Assembly: GCA_016839785.1 (NCBI GenBank)
Contig: JAEOTQ010000039.1
Coordinates: 1-13,923 of the forward strand
Direction of reading: 5' to 3'
DNA length: 13,923 bases
DNA from: Candidatus Hodarchaeota archaeon
Lineage (GTDB): Archaea; Asgardarchaeota; Heimdallarchaeia; Hodarchaeales; Hodarchaeaceae
Position 1 is the first letter of the stretch. Every line of letters begins with the position of its first letter. Made by a program: the position numbers and the translations under genes. A model generated the notes under the pieces. That model saw only the letters and a program-made list of their open reading frames with translations. It made no database searches and was not told the origin of the DNA. This document shows, piece after piece, positions 1 through 7,000 of the stretch.

Positions 1-30
1 AATTTCAAGAATTCTCATGAGGTTTATTCT

Positions 31-1020
31 ATGTCACAAGAAAAATATCGTTTTGATTTAAGTGATGGATTTGGAAAAGAGGATATATTTGCAATATTCG
101 GCTCAATTTGGCATTTTTTTGCATTCATTTTGAAATTGATCTTCTATCCTTATGTATGGATTTTTAGAATGTTTGGACGGTCAATTCGTTTCGCTCGTAC
201 TAAAAAATCCCCAGAAAAGGCCCTAGAAGCCGATGAACGCAGTTTTATTGAAAGTGTACCTGGATTTTTTGTCTTAACTGGTTTCTTTGGTGGTATATTG
301 TTCGCCGCTGTCATTTGGTTGTCTGATCAAACCGGTTTGAGTGCCTTTCTGGATGATATTAACCTAACATCTATTATAGAGATGTTGGGACATTTCTTTG
401 GATTCATTTTAGAGGTCATCCTTTGGATTATTGGTATCGATAAGAGAGGACCTGATGGATATGATCGTTTTGGATTATTGGACATCATTTTTGATATATT
501 CTATGAGGGTATCTTACTTAATATCGTAGGATTCGTTGCTCAAGATGCAATCATGACATTTATTGGAATAGGTGTCGTCGGTGTTATTATAGCTATAGTA
601 TGGATCATTATTTCGGAAACAGGAATTGTGGGTGGTATTATAAGTGTCATTGCAAAAACAATCAACTTTATAATAACCGTTCCAACCACATTCTGGGATA
701 GAGCAAACACTATCTACCTTAAGTTTAATCATATCCTATCTTCAATTGTGATTGGACGGGAAAGACTGAATGAAAGAAATATCGGTTTTCATCGCAAGAT
801 CCTATTATTAACTTTAGGATTAGGAATCTATACATTTATTGCAGGCATTGTAGTAGGTGTATCAAACCCCCAAGACTTAATTAGTCCTATTGGATACATT
901 TTTGTAGTTATCTTGGTGCTTGGAATTGGTGTTGGTATTATCGAAATGTTTCTTATTGTTAGAATCTTAGATATAGTTTCTCGCAAGAAATATGTTCCAG
1001 GAAAATCTGGTCAAGAATAA
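31..1020 (+). CDS. Uncharacterised polytopic membrane protein (~7 hydrophobic segments)
   Basis: 329-aa ORF, ATG preceded by GAGGT (19-23). Multiple long Ile/Phe/Gly-rich hydrophobic stretches, basic C-terminal tail. No family motif recognised. Confidence 0.85.
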   Translation: MSQEKYRFDLSDGFGKEDIFAIFGSIWHFFAFILKLIFYPYVWIFRMFGRSIRFARTKKSPEKALEADERSFIESVPGFFVLTGFFGGILFAAVIWLSDQTGLSAFLDDINLTSIIEMLGHFFGFILEVILWIIGIDKRGPDGYDRFGLLDIIFDIFYEGILLNIVGFVAQDAIMTFIGIGVVGVIIAIVWIIISETGIVGGIISVIAKTINFIITVPTTFWDRANTIYLKFNHILSSIVIGRERLNERNIGFHRKILLLTLGLGIYTFIAGIVVGVSNPQDLISPIGYIFVVILVLGIGVGIIEMFLIVRILDIVSRKKYVPGKSGQE

Positions 1021-1034
1021 TTCTATTCGATGGT

Positions 1035-1063
1035 AAGAGGTTTCCTCTTCCTTTTCTTTTTTT
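1035..1063 (+). terminator. Putative intrinsic terminator (short hairpin plus T-tract)
   Basis: AAGAGG-TTT-CCTCTT (1035-1049) followed by CCTTTTCTTTTTTTG, 15 nt after the TAA of the first ORF. Confidence 0.6.
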
Positions 1064-1180
1064 GTCATCACAAAAATCTTGAAAAACGGGGATTGTGAGT
1101 TCTTAGATTAGAACTATTATGACAGACTCAATTAGCCCCTCGTTATCTGACTGGATTAAAGATAGTGGAAGAATAACTTC

Positions 1181-1194
1181 GTTAAATTATAAAA
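1181..1194 (+). promoter_or_regulatory. Possible archaeal TATA box for polB
   Basis: GTTAAATTATAAAA about 65-80 nt upstream of the likely ATG (1261). The AT-rich background makes this weak. Confidence 0.3.
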
Positions 1195-1260
1195 TCAGTT
1201 CTAGAAAATGATCAAGAAAATTCTTTGGTGTCGGTGGTGAATCAGAATCCTGAAATAGAA

Positions 1261-3843
1261 ATGGAATTCATATTACTGGATGCTGATTATTCTATTTCCA
1301 ATGACCAACGAGAATCTAATATTCATTTATGGGGAAGAATAGAACAAAAAAGAGTGGAAGTGGTAGTTACTGGGTTTTTTCCTTATTTTTATGTTGAAGC
1401 ATCAGAGGATACAGTTCAAAAAGTGATTAGAGATAATGGAAAATTTCTCCACTCATGGGTAATTCGAACTGAACTGTGTCATAAGCAAACCTATTTTGGT
1501 GCAGAAAAAAAGGTTCTCACTAAAATTGTTGGTCATCGTCCTTATCAAGTTCCCAAGATTCGTTCAATTTTTGAGCGTGAAGGAATTAAGGTATTTGAGG
1601 CTGATATACCATTTGTTAAACGATTTTTAATTGATCGGAAGCTAAAAGCCCTTCAAACAATCAAAGTAAGAGGGACAACGAGAAATAAGACCTCTGAAGA
1701 AATGGTAATTAACGTGGCTTATCAGAACGTAAAGGTTTCTCACTCTCAAATAGCAGATTTTCAGCCTTCATTTCTTGCATTCGACATTGAAGTAGATGAA
1801 CATGGAGAAACGTTTCAGGAATTGTACTTTCATAAAAAACGGAGAATTACTGCTATTTCTTATGCCTGGGGAAAAGCAGGTGTGGATAAACCGAATGCAA
1901 ATGCCCTCATTCTGACTGCTGATACTGATGGTGCTGAGAAGAGCTTATTACAAGATTTCATTATTAATATAAGAAAAATAGCTCCTGACGTTCTTGTTTC
2001 TTTTAATGGTACCTATTTTGATATTCCGTATCTTAAAGAACGTATGACTCGATATAGTTTATCTTTAGGATCATTGGCACTATTTGAAAAACGCCAAACC
2101 GACATTATTAGAACTAATGTCCCTGTTGATGGATATCGATTGAAAGGGAGGGCAGTTGTCGATTTGATGCCGAAAACACGGTACATCCATCCTTTATCAG
2201 GTCAAAAGAATCTAGACACGATAGCAAATTTATTGTTGGGAGAATCAAAAGTCAAATCAGATAAAAGTCTTGGAGAACTTTGGAGGAATAGCATCAAGGG
2301 GTCTCGAAGTGATGGAGACCAATTCTATCAGTATTCCATAACAGACTCTATTCTAACATTCCGTTTGGTTGCTGAATTAGGATTGATTACTGCAGTTGAA
2401 TTATGTAAACTAGCTGGATACTTATTGCCAGAAGGTTTACTTTCTACTAGTAGAAATATTGGAGAATTCGAATTAATGCGTATTTTACATGATCGAAACA
2501 TTCTTATCCCTTCTAAACCCACAAAATCAGAAATTACAAAGCGAAACTCGTTGAAGGAACAATATCCTCACCTCGGGGGGTGGGTTATTGATCCAGAAGT
2601 GGATGAGGCACTATTTGTGGCTATTTTTGACTTTCGATCACTTTATCCTAATATCGTTCGAACACATAACATATCTGGTGAAACGCTAATCCCCCGTTCT
2701 GAGTCAAAAGCACCTGAAGATCGATTTCTTACACTACCGAGAGGTGCATTTGCAGATCTCATGGACCGTATACTTGCAGAAAGATATAATTCTCTTAAAA
2801 TGTTGAATTCACTTAAAGAACGAAATATTTCTTCCGATACACAAATGAATATCCACCTACTTGAAAAGCAACAACGTTCGTTAAAATTAATGGCCAATTC
2901 ATTGTGTGGGGCGGCTAATTACCCTCGTGGCCGATTCTACCATCATCTCCTATCAAATAGTATTACAGGGATTGCACGGGAGTTATTGGGGGAAAGATTG
3001 CAGAAATGGACAATAGATTTCTCAAAAACGCGAGATTATAATGTAGAAGTACGATATGGTGATACAGATTCAATTTTTTGCGAGTTTATTAGTTCTGCCT
3101 TGAGTCCATCGGAGTTTCTTCCCTCTTTACCTAAAGAGAAGCGAGATAGAAGCATTAAATTACTTGAAGATTATATCCACGAATATCAGCAGTATTTATC
3201 AATGAAACTTCCAGACTTATTAGAACTCAAGCTTGAGGATATCGCTCTTAGAATCATCTTAAAAAAGGGTCGGAAGAAAGCCTATGCTTATCTCTCCCTC
3301 CTTACCCAGGATGTGATAATTCGTGGTTTTGAGGCTGTTCGTTCTGACTGGTCTCCTTTGGCTAAAAAAACTCAGCGAAAACTCCTTGAAATTCTCTTAA
3401 TGGATTTTAGTGATAATCGATTACAAAATGCTCGGAAATTTGTAATTCAAACATGTCGTTTTATCTTGAAGACTCCCCTTAACGACTTACTTCCAGAATT
3501 AAGTATTAGGGGACCTGTAAAACGGGCCCCTACTAAGTATAAAACCCGAACTCCAGCAATTGGTGCCTTCCTCAATTACTGTAAAACTCAAGAATTAGAC
3601 CCTGAGGTTGAATGGAAACAGTGGGATGGTTTTCCATATATTATAGCGAAGAGTGCACTTAAACAACCTCAGTTTAAACGTGCATACCATCCTGATGTTT
3701 TTCGGAATGGTATAAAAGAGATTGATCGTTTTCATTACATAAAAGAGATACTTGGAGCTAGTAATCGGTTTGAGATTTCTATCAATGAGAATGAAGCTCT
3801 CCAAGGTCGTTTTATTATCCCATTAACTGAATTTTTCAATTAG
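1261..3843 (+). CDS. polB: Family B DNA polymerase, archaeal PolB3-like, with 3'-5' exonuclease domain
   Basis: ExoI FDIE (D at 1783), ExoII FNGTYFD (2002-2022), ExoIII YSITD (2332-2346), motif A DFRSLYP (2629-2649), motif B KLMANSLCG (2884-2910), motif C YGDTDS (3055-3072), KKAYA, RGFEAVRSDWS. The ORF track starts at TTG 1225, but ATG 1261 (MEFILLDADY) matches the MILDxDY N-terminus of euryarchaeal PolB. Confidence 0.96.
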   Translation: MEFILLDADYSISNDQRESNIHLWGRIEQKRVEVVVTGFFPYFYVEASEDTVQKVIRDNGKFLHSWVIRTELCHKQTYFGAEKKVLTKIVGHRPYQVPKIRSIFEREGIKVFEADIPFVKRFLIDRKLKALQTIKVRGTTRNKTSEEMVINVAYQNVKVSHSQIADFQPSFLAFDIEVDEHGETFQELYFHKKRRITAISYAWGKAGVDKPNANALILTADTDGAEKSLLQDFIINIRKIAPDVLVSFNGTYFDIPYLKERMTRYSLSLGSLALFEKRQTDIIRTNVPVDGYRLKGRAVVDLMPKTRYIHPLSGQKNLDTIANLLLGESKVKSDKSLGELWRNSIKGSRSDGDQFYQYSITDSILTFRLVAELGLITAVELCKLAGYLLPEGLLSTSRNIGEFELMRILHDRNILIPSKPTKSEITKRNSLKEQYPHLGGWVIDPEVDEALFVAIFDFRSLYPNIVRTHNISGETLIPRSESKAPEDRFLTLPRGAFADLMDRILAERYNSLKMLNSLKERNISSDTQMNIHLLEKQQRSLKLMANSLCGAANYPRGRFYHHLLSNSITGIARELLGERLQKWTIDFSKTRDYNVEVRYGDTDSIFCEFISSALSPSEFLPSLPKEKRDRSIKLLEDYIHEYQQYLSMKLPDLLELKLEDIALRIILKKGRKKAYAYLSLLTQDVIIRGFEAVRSDWSPLAKKTQRKLLEILLMDFSDNRLQNARKFVIQTCRFILKTPLNDLLPELSIRGPVKRAPTKYKTRTPAIGAFLNYCKTQELDPEVEWKQWDGFPYIIAKSALKQPQFKRAYHPDVFRNGIKEIDRFHYIKEILGASNRFEISINENEALQGRFIIPLTEFFN

Positions 3844-4041
3844 AATGAGAAACAAGCTGAATTTTTGCCCAATCAACTCTTTATACGCATTTACAGATGA
3901 TTTTCTCTGAAAGAACCTGAAAAGAGAGTGGTTCGAAAGTCTAGGACAGGCAAAATTTGTGCGTTCTAATGCTTGGTATCTAATACAAGTGAGAAGTTCA
4001 TTCAATTCAGAAATCTAAGTCTCAATCTTTCCTTAAACGTG

Positions 4042-7000
4042 ATGAAAATGATTAAACACAAAGTTATTAGCTTAACAATTTTATTAGTCTTATTACTTGG
4101 GATAGTACAAATTACATCAGCTGATTTAAATACTAATCAAGATAATAAAGCGTTAGATGGTTTGAACAATCAAGAGTTTACTGTTCCAGATTTTGAACCG
4201 GAAATCCAGCCATTAGAGGAACAGGAAATATCCGTTTTGTCAACTTTTGATCCTAGTCCCTTAAATTTAAATAATATGACACCTGAGGTAACATCAAAGG
4301 TTGTTCAAGATGACGATGAGCGATTAATCACTCAAATAGACCTGGAAAAAGAAATAACTCAACCAGATCAACCTTTAAGATATGTTATTCAAGTATCACG
4401 TGGATTAAATCCAATTCCTGGAGAAAAACTCACGATTGAGATCATTAAAGGGGAATATTGGGGATGGTATCATTATTATTATTACGATATTATGGATTAT
4501 GAAGATCGAGTTGTTGAAAGAAAAACAGTCTATACAGATGCAGATGGTCAATATGAAGGTGTATTTCAATCATCTGTACGAGGACGTTACTCAATCATAA
4601 TTCGTGACGATGACAATTACTATTACAAATCTCGGTCCTTTAATATAGCGGATATTGGAATATTTTGGAGAGTATCGCGTGAGTTCGTCAAGGGACAACC
4701 TCACTACTCAGTAGCATATGTTTTAAACACAACAGACTTTTCTCCTATCACAGGTGCTGCTGTAACGTTAACAGGTGAATTATATACTTATGATTATCAA
4801 TTAAGTACTTATTCCCTATACTCTGAAGAATTATTTGGCGGAATCTCTGATGTCCAAGGAGTAACAGAGATCGTCTTTACTCCCCCTTCAAATTTTAGTG
4901 ATAATTATCACTTCATGGCCAATCTCTCGGTAACCTTTGACGGTGAAACAACATATGTTTTACGTGATATCTATAGAGGGGGCAATTATTGGACTTCAGA
5001 TGGTTATCAAGAATTTAGCCCCTATGAGTTTATTGTCACAACTGATAAGCCAATCTATAATCCAGGGGAAACTGTACAAGCACGGATACTTTTGTGGCAT
5101 AATGATTACCTGAAAGCAACAAAAGAACCCATTGCTACGTCATTTACTTTGAAGTTACTTACACCATCTCACCATACATTATTTCAAAAGACTCTCAAAT
5201 CCAACTCGTATGGGGTCGCTATCTATTCATTCGAACTTGATTCTGAAAGTGAACTAGGAGCCTACAGTATTGTAATTCAGAAAGATGAGGTAATAACAAC
5301 AACTGACATCCGTGTGGATAAATATGAAAAACCTGCCTACAGAGTCGGGATAGAATTAGATAAGGAGTATGTTGCTCCTGGTCAGGAGATTTCTGGAACA
5401 TTAAGTGCGATCTATTACTTTGGAAAACCTGTAATTCAAGGACAAGTCGAACTCCTTATTGGTGATATTACAACCCTAACTGGAGTTACTGATGAAGATG
5501 GAATGTGGCAATTCTCCTATAGATTGCCAAGCTCCTTAAAAGATAGTGGTTTATACGCATTATCACTAAATGCGACGGTAACAGATACTGTGAATCGAGA
5601 AGTTAGTATATCCACCTCTATCCAGATAACTGAAGATGTCTATGTCTGGGCATGGGTGAATCCTTGGTTCCCCAAAGCAGATGAAAATGTCACAGTATAT
5701 TTTGGAGCATATCAATACTCTCCAGGATTTTACTATTGGAGGAGTTACCAACCGCTCCCAGAAGCTAAGGTAACAATAAAATTATATGGAATGTTATCAA
5801 CTTCAGTCACTGTATACGTAGCTACTTTTCAATCGCAAACAGATGCAAATGGATATGGTAGATATGAATTTGCCGTTCCACAGGAAATTCTTGTTCTTAC
5901 TACTAGATTTACAGGAGTTGTTGAACTAGATACTGGTGATGGTCGAAATGGGAGGTCCACTTTTTATTTCTCAGTAGATCTTTCTAAGGCAGTAGCATTT
6001 CTTGATTCAGACAATTATTCACGTGGTGAGACGGTAAGTATTAACGTTAATCTTATCAGCATTCTTACATTTAGTCAATTATCTGGGAGTGTTCGTGTAC
6101 GGATCTTTGACACAGATTATGAACTTGTAGGTGAAAAAACGAGTGATGTCCCGACCTCAGGAAAGGAATTTTCATTTGAACTCTCTCCTTATGCTCCCAA
6201 TGGAAAGTATCATGTCCATATCTACGTGAGTAAAACTTTTACTTACGAATGGGGTTCATATAATTATTATAAGTACGATACCTCAGTTACATTTACAGTT
6301 GGGACCTCACAAGAGTTTTCCATGAGTTTGGATAAACCATCCTATACTCTGAGTGACAGTTTGACCCTAACAGGCCAAGTCGAAGGCGAGACCAATGCTC
6401 CTGTTATGATTCAGTTTGTGAAAAAAGGAATTCTAACAACACAATATATCCCATATAGTAATGCTAATTCTTTCAGTCTGACAATTACTGACATAACTAC
6501 TCTTGCACCGAAAGTTTGGATTCATGGATTCGCAATCTTATCCACTGGATTAATTCAAGAAGTACGTTTATACGTGGAAATCGACTCAACTCTTATTGTA
6601 GAAATTGATTCAGACAAAGATGTTTATACACCTGGTGAAGAAGCGCAAATAGATATTCAAGTCTATGATGCAAATAAAAATCCCGTTTCAACGGTTCTTG
6701 CCATTTCATTTATTGATAGTTCAGTATTCGGAGTCGAACCAGATCCTGAAACTGAAACTGAATTCTTTAAGGAACAGGAGTACTGGCCTTCTGTCTGGAC
6801 TGTTACTTCATGGAAAAATCGACAATTAGACTGGTGGTTCTGGTGGTATGACGATTTCTATGGATTAGGTTATGGTGGAGGTTATTGGAGGGGTGGTTTA
6901 ATTGTCCATGATTTCTATGCGTTAGAAGATACCGCTGCTCCCGAACAAGGAGCGAAATCTACTGGTGAAAGTCCACCTGATGCCGATGTTGGCCAAAAAA

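Noticed and set aside
1225-3843. PolB as a marker of a casposon, virus or other mobile element, as an inactivated PolB2, or as intein-containing
   Set aside because: Cellular PolB3-like sequence with uracil pocket and PIP-like tail, intact catalytic Asp residues and normal motif spacing. No integrase, Cas1, capsid gene or terminal repeats nearby.
3860-3958. TTTTGCC/GGCAAAA inverted pair in the polB-macroglobulin spacer
   Set aside because: Only 7 bp, ~80 nt apart, with no convincing internal structure. Expected by chance in AT-rich DNA.
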